DNA of 62,924 nt, filler included, from Hausera hauseri (Eukaryota): the NCBI GenBank assembly GCA_046269625.1. It is 11 parts of 11 records of this genome, joined end to end, with 100 filler letters (N's around TTAATTAATTAA, not from the genome) between each part and the next. Parts side by side here need not be neighbours in the genome. Positions count along the whole stretch, not along the records: positions 33,179 to 38,062 come from JBJURY010403590.1; positions 38,163 to 44,630 come from JBJURY010097431.1; positions 44,731 to 49,086 come from JBJURY010619887.1; positions 49,187 to 58,862 come from JBJURY010312165.1; 7 more parts are not named here. One strand, given 5' to 3'. Positions 37,495 to 49,217 of this stretch are shown one piece after another. Both the position numbers and the translations under genes were made by a program. Position 1 is the stretch's first letter. Every line of letters starts with the position of its first letter. Below the pieces are notes generated by a model. It was not told the origin of the DNA. It made no database searches and saw nothing but the letters and a program-made list of their open reading frames with translations.

Positions 37495-38062
37495 GAAATC
37501 CCACTGTAGCCACTCGGTCAAGTTAGCGTAGGTTAGCTTAGCATCGGACTTCTAGCTCTGCTGCCTCAAACTCCAGATCGTATTTCAAAGTAGGCTCAGT
37601 CATGTAGAACTTACTGGTCAGAAAAAATGTTGAGGTCTTCTTCCTTGCTCAAAACATCTTGATTATTTCTGTGACAAACATTGAAATGGTAAATTTCTGT
37701 CCTTGTTTTACCACTGCTGGTGCCGCAGAGCACTGTGGGATATATTGTAGGCCATGTGTTTTGAAACTACATTACCCATAATTCCTTCAACTTTCATTCC
37801 ATATATTCAGACATTCATTCAATATATTCTGAGTTCATTCAAAATAATCAGACTTTCAATCCATATATTCTGAGTTCATTCAATATATTCAAACTTTCAA
37901 TCCATATATTCTGAGTTCATTCAAAATAATCAGACTTTCAATCCATATATTCTGAGTTCATTCAATATATTCAAACTTTCAATCCATATATTCTGAGTTC
38001 ATTCAAAATAATCAGACTTTCAATCCATATATTCTGAGTTCATTCAATATATTCAAACTTTC
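37495..38062 (-). repeat. Inverted second copy of the c7 repeat arm with 21/42-bp tandem array
   Basis: Reverse complement of the 33179-33590 motifs; tandem ACTTTCAATCCATATATTCTGAGTTCATTC units at 37790-38062. Confidence 0.85.
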
Positions 38063-38243
38063 NNNNNNNNNNNNNNNNNNNNNNNNNNNNNNNNNNNNNN
38101 NNNNNNTTAATTAATTAANNNNNNNNNNNNNNNNNNNNNNNNNNNNNNNNNNNNNNNNNNNNTGCTGGTTACTCCAGCACTTGTACTGCTGATTTTTGTT
38201 GTGATATTAGATTTTTGAGATTTAGATTTTTGGGGTTTAAATT

Positions 38244-40790
38244 TTATTGGCATAGGATTAATTTTCTGAAAGTTTTTTTGAGAATTTTATTTGTCACAAT
38301 TAGAATTTGAATTTTATAATTTATTAACTTTAGTATTTTTGTAAGGTGGAACCTTACAATGTGTATGGTGTTACAAGATACTTTATATCCTTGTTTATAA
38401 AGATCTTCATTCCAGATGGGGTCTGAGATGCCTTCTATTTTCAAAATTTCGTTTGGCTCTTCATTATCGCTATCTGATAATCCACTCAAAATAAATAATG
38501 AGAATATCCATAGTAGTATTGAAGTCCATGATGGGCTAGGGTGTTGAGAAGTAGTCTCGGCTGCCTCAGCTGTGAATAGAAAACATATTCCCAGAAGGAG
38601 TAACGTACCAAAAGAAAATGTGGAATAGCCTTTTATTCCCGAGGATTTCCGTTTTTTATCTTTTTCCTGCAGGTCATGAATATGCATTGCTCTTGTCTCG
38701 TTCGCAATTTCGTCCAAATATTTGATACTGTTTCCTGCAAATTGTAGTTGGTCAATCTTCAACCATTGTTCCCGTGGGAGGTTACTGTCTAGAGGTTGAC
38801 CCATTCTTCTATTCCAAGCTCGTTTTACTTCTTCCACTCCGTTGATAAGTTCTGTTCCCCCTATATTTAGATTACGATGTTTATAGATTTTCGATGTTCG
38901 ACTAGCGGCCACATAGTCATGGTGTTGAGATTTCCCTGGACAAACTAAATCAGGGATTGTATAATATACTTCTTCACAACTTATCTTGATTAGAAGTTTA
39001 TCTAATGAAGTTAGCGTATTGAAGTCCAATTTTAAGTCTTCACATATTATTTTTATTATAGGTCTATATTGTTCGTCTGTTATTCCGCACTTCTCGTGGT
39101 ATTTACTAAGAAAATCTCTTAGCTGCACTACACTATTTATGGGTCCTTTGACTAATTGTTGGGCATGGTTAATACGTTCCGAGGTGGCTAATAAGAAATT
39201 CTCCAATCGATGTCGATTTTCAGCTTCTCTGGTTAAAGGAAGTGGTGGCAGATTTTTTCCTTCTCGTTGGGGCAGTTCTGCATAATTCGGCTCGATTGGT
39301 TTGACTTATTTATGTCGTACCTGCTCGGTAAAATCTATTCTTGTTGACCTGTTTTTATTACTTATTGGTAACTCCTTGCTTTCTTCCGGCTGATATTTTT
39401 TAATTTCCTCCCTTAGGAGTTTAATATTCTCTTCTGCTTCTTCGAACTTCTTGCTTATAACTGTGTAGCTTGTCGGTGTTTGAAACTCACTTGTAGCTTG
39501 CATTCTCATTAAGTCGGGATAAATAAAGGTTGTTGACATAGGTCTTAATAAATCTTGTAAAGAATTTCGTGGTGGTTTTTGTGGAATACTTGCCATACTA
39601 GATACCAAAATAGTATCCATATTGGTTATTGAGGGTAAGGGCACTTGCCTTCTTACATAGTCATTCGAAAAGAAATTGTCTGCTTCCTCATCGTAACCTG
39701 CCATACGGCTAGGAAACATATAATACACGGATATCAACAACAGTACGACTGTGCTATTCCAAGTGTTGGTCGTAGAAGTTGTTTCAGTTTATTGGGCGTC
39801 CGCGCATCCAAATATTATGAGTAACATTAAGGTTATCAAGGTTATGGTAGATAACCTGAAAGGATTTCCGAAAATTGTTGAAGGGGTATTAGTTGAAAGC
39901 ATTTCCATTATTCGTGTTTGTGTTATTTTTCGGGTTAGTGTAGATTCTGTATTGTGTTCGATTGATCGCTTTAACGTAATATAATTTAATGAAGGTGTCA
40001 AAGTCTCTTCTCCTGGCGCGAACCACCACTGATCATTAGCCTGAGGTTTTGCGTCTTGATAACCCTCGCAGTTGAATGCAATTGATCTTCCAATAACTTT
40101 GAGTTCTGCTCCTGTCAGTTTGTATAGTACATCTAAACCAATAATAAGATCAGAATACGATTCTTGTGGGTTGGCGTAACAAGTAACGTCGATATATCCT
40201 ATTGTTAAATCTAATTTTCCACACGCTTCAGGTATATAATGAGTAATCCTTCTATGCAGTCGTAAATTTATACAAGTCAACGCAGTAGTGATGTCAAGTT
40301 CCGCATTAACGTACTTACCGTATACTTTGACTAATATTGGTATCAATAAGGGATAATCGTTCTAACTCTGACGATAATGCATATTATATAATAATTCTAA
40401 CCCTTTCATTTCGTCTCCCAACTCGTTTACGCTTTTTTGATATTTCTCCAAATCCTTCGTCTTTTCTAGCGAATTCGTAGCTACATCTATTACTATATCC
40501 TAATCTATTAGCGTATCTCTACCTATGATACAAGGGATTGTGGCATTTTCTAGTATATGATACAAGATCCTCTATCGTTTATTTTTTAATTTGGTTAAGG
40601 CTGTAACCAAGCCTAATGATTTTAACTGATTTACATTTATTAGTTTGTGGTTGATTTCACTGCTTTCAGTCAATTTCAGTTTTAAAATTTTTATTGTGTT
40701 CTTACTTAAATAGTATTTTGCTGCTCCTGTGTCTACTATTGCTTATATTTTGACTTTATTTATAGTTACAGTTGTGGTTACTGTGTTGTC
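38244..40790 (-). pseudogene. In-frame extension after integrase: two additional aspartic-protease-like domains plus repeated signal/TM segments
   Basis: KI*AIVDTGAAK...PCIIGRDTL; VKVYGKYVNAELDITT...DLIIGLDVL; hydrophobic ITLITLMLLIIFGCADA and FGTLLLLGICFLFTAEA. All pieces share the integrase frame. Confidence 0.75.
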
Positions 40791-43700
40791 TGATCCATCC
40801 TCTATAAATGCTATTGTCGTATCTTTATCTTCCAACTGCATTCTACTCCTTAATGGGTATCTGCAGGGTGGTGCTTGTTCTAATTTGCATTCCTTAGCTA
40901 CCGGTTTACATCGTTGCACCCTCATCCAAGAGGTTTTATTAGGGTTGGACAAATTCTGTAGTTCTACACTTGATTCACTTATTTGTAGTATCTTATACGG
41001 TCCTTTATACGACAATTTTAGTTTCAGGCTTTCGCCTGGCTTACAGGTCTCATCTAGTATGTTGATTAAATCTCCAATTCGATATACATGAGGTTTTGCT
41101 TTCTTATCATACTGATCCTTGTAATTTTCTTGATGATATTTAATTTTCAATCCGGCTCTAATCCATGCTTTTTGTATTCTTTCTTGTAGAATTGCTGCAT
41201 AATCAGGCTCTTCCATCAATTGTGATTGTGGTGGTCTATATTCCAAGTCAATTGGCACAATATCTCTTCTACAATATAGTAAAAAGAATGGTGATTCTCC
41301 GGTTGTCGTGTGGGGACTTTGTCGGTAGGCATATACACACGGTTTTATATATAAATCCCAATCAGCTTGATGATTATATGCGTAACTAGATATCATGATC
41401 GAAAATTGTTTACTAAAGGCTTCTACTACACCATTGGCTTGAGGATGATAAGGTGAGATAAAATTGTGATTGACTCCTAGTATCGCTAACACCTTTTCCA
41501 TAAGTTTGCTGCAAAAGTTACTTCCTCTATCAGATATCATTGTCATTGGTACTCCATATTCAAATATTACGTCATCCACGAATCTTCTGGCCATGACATC
41601 TGTGGTTCGGTTTATCATTGGCATCGCTATTGGAAATTTTGAGTGGTAATCTATTGCCGTAAGTACGCATGTGTCTCCTCTATCAGTGGTGGGTAGTGGT
41701 CCCACTACGTCAACGCCTATACAAACAAATGGTGATGCTAAAACTGGTACCGGTTTTAATAGTGTTTTTCTCGCTTGAAAATTTCCTCTTTTTTTGAACA
41801 AATTTGGCAATTTGTACACCAATCTTTCACATCATCTGCTATCTTCGGCCAGCAATATTTCTGCTTGAGTCTGCCTAATGTAGCTTTATAACCCCGATGT
41901 CCACCGAGTTGTCCGTCATGGTAGTGTAGTAAAAGTTTTTCGCGCATGTGTTTTGGTACAATCATGAGTAGATCTTCACTCTCCTGATATTGGATATTTC
42001 CCCTATCCATTTTATATTTATTTTTGCTCCGTTCTTTGTTTAGATTATTACGAATTTTTCGAATTTCTTCATCCTTTGCTTGTTCTTTAGCTATAGTTTC
42101 GTTTGTAATCGGTATGGATAAGAATATATGCATCTCTTCGTTGACTTCTGCATTGTCTACTTCATCTATCATGGTCTGAATTAAGTCGATCATTTTGTAA
42201 TACTCGTATAAGATATCCTCTACTAACGGATCCTTGTAGTCACTATTTTTCACTTCGTTGATTATCGTTATTCAATGTTTGAATAATCATATTTATTAGT
42301 TGATCGGTATCCTTTGTACGTTTCTTTCTTGTTGCTTTGGGTATACTTGGATGAACTTTCTGCGAATAGTATTCCTTTAGGTCCTGCATTATCGGAATTA
42401 GAGTTGATGTGCTCGTTATAGTCTTCATCGATATCACTTTCCTGAAGTCTTGATAGAAAGTCTGCATTAGCATTTGCTTTTCTTTGTTGGCATTTTATTG
42501 AAATTTCCAAATCTTGAATTTCTTCAGCCCATTTCATTAATTTTCGGCTATTATTCCGCTGTTTCATTAACCATTGTAACGGTTTCCGATCAGTGTATAG
42601 AATTATTTCTCGACCGGTTATATAGTATCTAAAATATCGCAAAGCATATACTATCGCGTAACATTCTCGCTCGATTGTTGACCATCTACGTTGTGTTTCA
42701 CTTAATGTTTTACTGAGACATGCTATTATTCCTTCGCGTGGTTTGTCAGGAACAGATTGTCCTAAGACTGCTCCTATAGCGTAACCGCTAGCGTGGGTCA
42801 TTTTTATGTATGGATATTTGGGATCGGGAAATTGTAATATTGAAAGTGAAGTAAGGATTTGTTATAAAACTTTGAATGCTCTCTGATGTGTTTCTTCCCA
42901 ATTCCATGTTGTTCCTTTTTTGATTAGCTCTACTAATGGTTTAACTATATTTGCAAAATTATACACAAACTTTCTATAGTAATTTGCCATTCCTAACAAT
43001 CTTCACAATTTTTTAGGCCATTTGGGCGGTTTTAATTTCTTGAATTTTTCTACATTTCTAGGATCGGGTTGAATTCCTTTACTTGACACTATGTATCCAA
43101 GAAAGGTGACGGTGTTCTTAGCAAATTCGCATCTTTTCAACTTAATTTTCAAATGAGCTTGCTTCAGCCTGTCAAATACTTGAGAAATGTCTTTTAAATG
43201 TTGTTCGAAGTTTTCCGAAAATATTATTACGTCATCTATATACACCATACAACACGTTAGTCCTTGTAATACAAAATTCACATACCTTTGAAATGTAGCA
43301 GGTCCTCCTGTCAAACCAAAATGCATAACATTAAATTCCCATAATCCAGTTCCAGTAGAAAAGGCTGTTTTTGGTTTATCTTCTTCGGCTACTTCCAATT
43401 ACCAAAATCCACATTGTAAATCTAGGGTGGTGAATAGTGCGGCATTTCTTAGAGCTGTAAGCATCTCATCTGTCTTTGGTAATGGATAATTATCCTTCTT
43501 TGTGACATTATTTACGTCTCTAAAATCTACGCAGAATCGTTTTGCTCCATTTTTCTTCTGCACTAATACTACTGGAGATGTCCATTGTGAGAAGCTCGAT
43601 CTGATAATACCGTGTTCCACCATTTGTGCTATTTGTTTATCGCATTCTTCTTTCTTGACCTCAGCCATTCTATACGGATTTTGTTTCATAGGATAGGTGT

Positions 43701-44283
43701 TATCTGTGATTATATCATGTTGAATGACGTTAGTTCTACCAATGTCATTATGGTTTATGGCTATAATATCTCAATATTTGTGAAATAACTGCAGTAATTT
43801 TTTAAATTGATAAGGGGTTAAATCGCCGTCTTTAAATTTAATATTTTCATCTTCTACTAAAAACGTTGTTGCGCATACGTTAACTGGTTGTAACTGTCCT
43901 AAGTTGAGGTTTTGCCGTAATTTGATTGCCCTTTTATTGATACTTTCTATTAGCAGTTCTAAACATTGTACTCCTTTTGGTACAAATAAGGCATATTGTA
44001 GAATTTTGTATTTTTCATTGTTATATAAGTTCGGTTCAAACATACAAGGTTGCTTGTGGTATTGCGATGGTATTGTTAGCATTACTACTACCTGCTGTTG
44101 TGGTCTGATAATAACGTCATGAGTCAAAGTCATGTTGATATCCTCAGTTGGCAAGTTAGTCATCGTGTATTTAAGGGTTTTGGTTGAAAGGTCCATTGAG
44201 AGTCCTGAAATTTGAGATAATACATCCATTCCTATTACTAAGGGTACTGGCAATATTTTGTCGTCCACCACAAACAGTGTGAT
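40743..44283 (-). pseudogene. pol: Gypsy Pol (PR C-terminal half - RT - RNase H - integrase) with stops and frameshifts
   Basis: ORF pieces 44307-43771, 43689-43399, 43398-43003, 42801-42268, 42253-41756, 41822-40743. Confidence 0.93.
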
Positions 44284-44630
44284 GGTAGTAGAGGGATGTG
44301 AGCGCATGGCGCCAACCCCCCCAGTATTGAAAACCAGTATTCAATAATTAATGTTTTTATATGGGAAAATTTTGGAAATCAATATTTTATATGGTATCGA
44401 TTGCCGCAGTCGGGGTTTCACTATTTCCATCCCCTCCATAAAAATGAATATTTTATATGGGAAAATTTGGAGCAGTCGTGGTTTCACTCTTCCCACCCCA
44501 AAAAATCAATTGGCGCAGTCGGGGTTTCACTATTCCAACCCCCAAAAAATCATTTTCCGCAGTCGGGGTTTCACTATTCTAACCTCCAATTTGTTTAAGT
44601 TTTGCAAAGTTGTTATTTGTGTCACTTATG
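44284..44630 (+). repeat. Repeat terminus (same family as 26130-26466) truncating the Gypsy protease
   Basis: GGTAGTAGAGGG start; four CAGTCG(G/T)GGTTTCACT subrepeats at ~44407, 44473, 44516 and 44560. Confidence 0.7.
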
Positions 44631-44996
44631 NNNNNNNNNNNNNNNNNNNNNNNNNNNNNNNNNNNNNNNNNNNNTTAATTAATTAANNNNNNNNNNNNNN
44701 NNNNNNNNNNNNNNNNNNNNNNNNNNNNNNAGGGATTTTGAAACATTTTCAAATGTCAAATAAATTGTAATGTTAAATTAATCGAAATACTTATTGTCTG
44801 ACCTTTACTCTAATTAGATTAAACAAAATACCCAAGGTCAAAATCCAACATTTTTGTCCATAAATGATAATCCATGAAGGTTATTACGCCCATGACAAAA
44901 AGCCAAACCCATAAAAGACAAAGACAAAGGTATATATATTTCTAAAAGGAAGGTATTATTGCTACATCAGACGCAAGCCATATCATTGCATCACAG

Positions 44997-45911
44997 TCAG
45001 GAACTCACACAGCCACTATCATAAGAAAGAGGAGTCACCAAATCCACAATCTCATTGTATTTATCTGAGAACAACGACTCAATTTCCTGATCGAAATTGT
45101 CAACACCTTTCTTCAACACTTCCTTGCATCGAATATGCAAGTCTGATGTTCGATCGACTGAAGAATTGTTTCTTTGCATCATCATCTGTCTATGTCCGTG
45201 GGACGAAGTCCCATTGAGTATGGCATCGATTTCTGACGTCGACAAACTCAATATATCCGCTGCTTTGTGACGAGCAAATTCGTATCCCTTGGGAACATCC
45301 GAATTACTGTTACTATTGTCTAGTTTTGTAGACATCTTTACAAGACCCTGACTGATTTCTATAAGTCGGCGAATTTCTCGTACTTTGTCCGTCAACAATC
45401 TGGCGATCGTGACGATGAGTGCATCGTACCTATTGCACTTTGTCTTCAATTTCTGGACTTGCTGTACAGCCTTGTCCATGGCCGTTGAACTTTTCGATAC
45501 GATCGTTGCCACACGGCACTCATTTTCCTGATCTACCTTACCCAGCTGCATCTCCAACAACTGTTTTGCATGTTTTGTGTCCGCTAATTTCTTTTCCACC
45601 AAATCAATTCGAGACAAATAATTCGTGCAGTCAATCTCAAATCGTTTTCGTTCATCGAGAATTACGTTTAACCGAATTTGTAAAGAATCAGTTTGTGTTT
45701 TTAATCGATAGTTCAGATCTTCGAGATCTTTTATTCGACGATCTTTTAAATCCGAGCATGTCTTATCCCTCTCCTTCAAACCATCCAAATAAGCCAGTTT
45801 ACTACGCAGATCCTCGATAATTTTCTTCTTACAACTAATTTCCCGGTCCAATTTGGACACTTCATCACGCATTTGGACCACTTCCACATCCCTCTGCGAT
45901 TGTTCCTTCAT
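44997..45911 (-). pseudogene. CNTLN: Centlein C-terminal part (retrocopy segment)
   Basis: KTQTDSLQIRLNVILDERKRFE and ARHKAADILSLSTSEIDAIL resemble the centlein C-terminal motifs as I recall them (SIDSLKQRLNVAVKEKSQYE; AASILNISRSDLEEIL). Intronless. Confidence 0.7.
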
Positions 45912-45949
45912 TTAAATTCATACAAAATCACAGCGCTCTCTTTTCATTT

Positions 45950-48079
45950 CTACTTCTTGTGTCGACGACCAGCACAATATTCTTTGTGAATTTGTAGATC
46001 GGATTTTTGAGAATATTGCCGGCCACAAGTCTCACAAACACAAGGTTTACTGGAATTCGTATTCTTCACTGGAGATGTTGACCATTGAATAATGGATGTT
46101 TTAGTATTTTCTCTGCTATGATCTCTCGACGGAACTCTAGGTCGAGCAGACCCTTTTCTATTACCAGAATTAAGCCGTGATGAAATGACTGATGGAGGTC
46201 GAGTGATATCCATATTTGGGAGTTTGAACGAATCGTTCGTCTTTGATTCATGGTGAATGGCATGCTCAGTACCAGATTCCGATTTGGTTTTGCTGACTTT
46301 CCTTTCCAATAACTTTTGAAGGGCATTTTCCAGATCTTGATTTTGTTGCGATAATAATTGTATTCGTGATGCATTGGCTTTTATTTGGTTATGGATATCA
46401 TCTTCAATATTTCCGGTATCGATCTTTTCCAAAGGACCATTAAGGTCTGGATAATGTACCAAAAGACTTTTATCATTTTCTATCTCCATCATTTGTGATT
46501 TCATATCGGGAATTTGCTTTTCAAACTCATCAATTTTCTGAGAATATTCATTTTTTGACTCGGTGAGCATCTTAATCAATGATTCTTGATCGGATAGTTT
46601 CAACATGAGTGACTCAGCACTGATCTTCATCGACGTAACACAGGCTAAAGAATCTCTCAATTCCTCTTGTAAATTATCAACTTGTTCCTCCAGTTTTTGC
46701 TTTTGATCCGTTAGGTTTTGCAGTCGTTTCAACAATTTATCTTCCTTATCTCGATAAACCTGCTCGGAATCCTTTAATGTTTCTGATACGGCTTTTTCAG
46801 ATTTTATAGATGATTTCAAATCATTTATCTCATTTTTGTATTTGATTAAATTTTCTTTTAATAAACACAGAGATATCAGAGGATCGTTTGAATTACTGTC
46901 AATACTGAATATACCCTTTTTGATGTCTTCCAACTGATCAAGAAATTGCTGCTTGCTTGAAATTTGACCAGTCAGATTAGTTATTTCTTTTTGTAGCAAT
47001 TCATGCTTTTCGTTAAATTGCAAGGTCATTGAATTGATTTCAACTTTTGTATCCTGAAGCTGACTTTTATAAGTATTTATTTGCTGCAACAAATCGAGTT
47101 TTTCCTTGTTTAATTTGTCTAATTCAGCAGCAAAAGAGTCCTTTTGCTTCTCGGAAGCCCGTTTTAATTCTTCCGTCATTTTACGATTCGCAGCTAATTC
47201 TATATTCGTAGCTGCTTCTTTTTCTTTCAAAGTTTTAAAAATCTTACAAATTTTTTCAAAGTCCTTGTAAAATGCACTTTTGATCTGCAGAAGGATTTTA
47301 TCACTCATCCAATCAATACTGACTATTTCTTGTTGGACCTTTTTTAATGCTGAACTCTCCGATTCTTCTTGAAGAAAACGCATCAAAATAGAACTTGATT
47401 CATTCAAGCATGACTGAGAAATATGACAAGATTCACAGGGTTTAAATGCTGTATCCAATGTCTGACAGGATTTACATCCAAAATCTTTCGATATCGTACC
47501 CACGACAGATTTCCGGCTTTGAATTTTCGCCTTTGTTTCGCTCTCCAATTCTTCCAGTCAACTCGGTGCTTGATTATAAATTCCATTCTTGCTTGTATCA
47601 TGTATATCATCGGAATTCCTATCCTTAGATTCCCCTTTTGCTCTGATCTCGTTAACGAGATCTTTATTGATTTCCCTCTGATTTGAAATTTCTTTATTTA
47701 GATTTTCCAAAAATATTGACATGTGGCAGAGTTTGTTCCAGTGCTTTTTGGACGTTAATTCTAAACATGGTGAAACGACTTTCGTTCGTTGGCTCTTTTC
47801 ATTTTTAACGCTCGACATCGTTTCCACAGTCAACTTGTCCATATACCCACAGTTCAATTGGAGAAAGAGACAGATCCTATCGATAATTAATTCCAAAAGA
47901 ATAATATGCGATATCTGATTATTCTCCGGATCATCGCCGTCATATTTATATAATTTCAATAATTCATCGATATTTACTTCACATGCTGATTTATCCGGAA
48001 ATTTCCATGAAATACAATTTATTCGGCCAATTTTACCAATGATATCTTTAATTGACGATTGTAAATCACTGACATCGTT
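45950..48079 (-). pseudogene. CCDC157: CCDC157 homolog, intronless, lacking the first ~14 codons, single in-frame TGA at 47558-47560
   Basis: NDVSDLQSSIKDIIGKIGRINCISWKFPDKSACEVNIDELL...SHIILLELIIDR and LLVHYPDL...QIKANASRIQLLSQQN match recalled CCDC157 conserved blocks. C-terminal C2HC/C2H2-like finger. Confidence 0.85.
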
Positions 48080-48963
48080 CGTTGTTGGACAGTTGGTTTT
48101 CTTGGTGGCATTGATCTTGATCTGCGCGTTGATCTGCAGCTGCCTCCACGACGAGATCTACAACTACCACCAATACTAACACAATCCTCCAATTGTTCCA
48201 TATGCACTGCCAATCGATCCATTTTGTATTTCAAATCCTCAATAGGACTCACCACACCATTATCATTGTCATTAATTCCATTATAAAATTTATCCACAGC
48301 TACACTCTCCTCCAATCTCTCACGCAACATTCTAATTGTATCCTGCTGAGTCATCATATGATCATTGGCCTCATCCAACTGTCTCTTCAATTCTTCAACA
48401 CAATCTCCATTCACCATCAAAACTCGCAATTTCTCATCCAATTCCACATTCCTTAACATCAATTCCGATTTGTCTTCTCTCACTGTCGTCAATTGTTTCT
48501 GCAACGACGACACCGTCTCCAACAATTCTGTACGTTCATTCTCGTATGCATCAATAATCCGTCGTTGGTCTTGTTGTTCATCCTTACTCATCGTCGTCAT
48601 CAATTGCACCGTCAATTTTGTCGCCTTATCCGTCACATCTGCACACTGTCTCTCCACCATTTCCATCCTCATCGATAAATCTTCATTGCATTTCCGTAAC
48701 TTTTCACAATCCTCATCGCGCAATAAAACAACTCGATTCAAGTTCCGAATCTCCTCGTTCTTCTTCTCCAATTCTGATAACATTTCGAACAATTTTATTG
48801 CCCAATTCTCCTTCTCCCTCTGAACTATTAATCCCATGGCATTTGTCAAATCTGGTGACGACATTTGCAGACGTTTCCACAACGACCAAACAAAATCCTT
48901 TTCCTCCTTCAATTTTGTTATTTCCTTATTCAATCTATCAATATCCAATTTGTAATCGACCAT
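48080..48963 (-). pseudogene. CNTLN: Centlein N-terminal part (retrocopy segment)
   Basis: EEKDFVWSLWKRLQMSSPDLTNAMGLIVQREKE matches the centlein hallmark KEFVWSLWKRLQ..PDLT.....V.REK. Intronless. Confidence 0.85.
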
Positions 48964-49011
48964 TTACGAAATGTCACACAAAATGTTGTCCAATATTAAT
49001 CAATACGGTAT

Positions 49012-49055
49012 CATGCAATTATAGCAGAAAAATTTGTATAAGACCGTCTAACGGC
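49012..49055 (-). other. Flatworm (planarian-type) spliced-leader exon sequence, 44 nt, fused to centlein 5' UTR
   Basis: GCCGTTAGACGGTCTTATACAAATTTTTCTGCTATAATTGCATG. The first 16 nt match the planarian SL start as I recall it; it ends in ATG and is not followed by a GT donor. Confidence 0.9.
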
Positions 49056-49217
49056 CTCCAGCTATCGGTGAATTATGCTCATTACCNNNNNNNNNNNNNN
49101 NNNNNNNNNNNNNNNNNNNNNNNNNNNNNNTTAATTAATTAANNNNNNNNNNNNNNNNNNNNNNNNNNNNNNNNNNNNNNNNNNNNTTTGATGGTGGAAT
49201 AACCCGATCTGTAGTTG

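Larger units (their letters stand above)
38163..44283 (-). mobile_element. Ty3/Gypsy LTR retrotransposon internal region, decayed, with long post-integrase extension
   Basis: VIGMDVL (PR end), RFCVDFR, TLDLQCGFW, VYIDD, THASGYAIGAVL, IERECYAI, NANADFLSR, HDGQLGGHRG, GVDVVGP, SDRGSNF, HPQANG. Confidence 0.95.

Noticed and set aside
37790-38062. CRISPR-like array (also 33179-33255, 30788-30940, 44407-44580)
   Set aside because: These are tandem or near-tandem repeats without unique equal-length spacers, there are no cas genes, and the context is eukaryotic.
44997-48963. Native operon of three or four coiled-coil genes
   Set aside because: The outer ORFs are two halves of one gene (centlein), CCDC157 lacks its start and joins out of frame, and an SL is present in the DNA.
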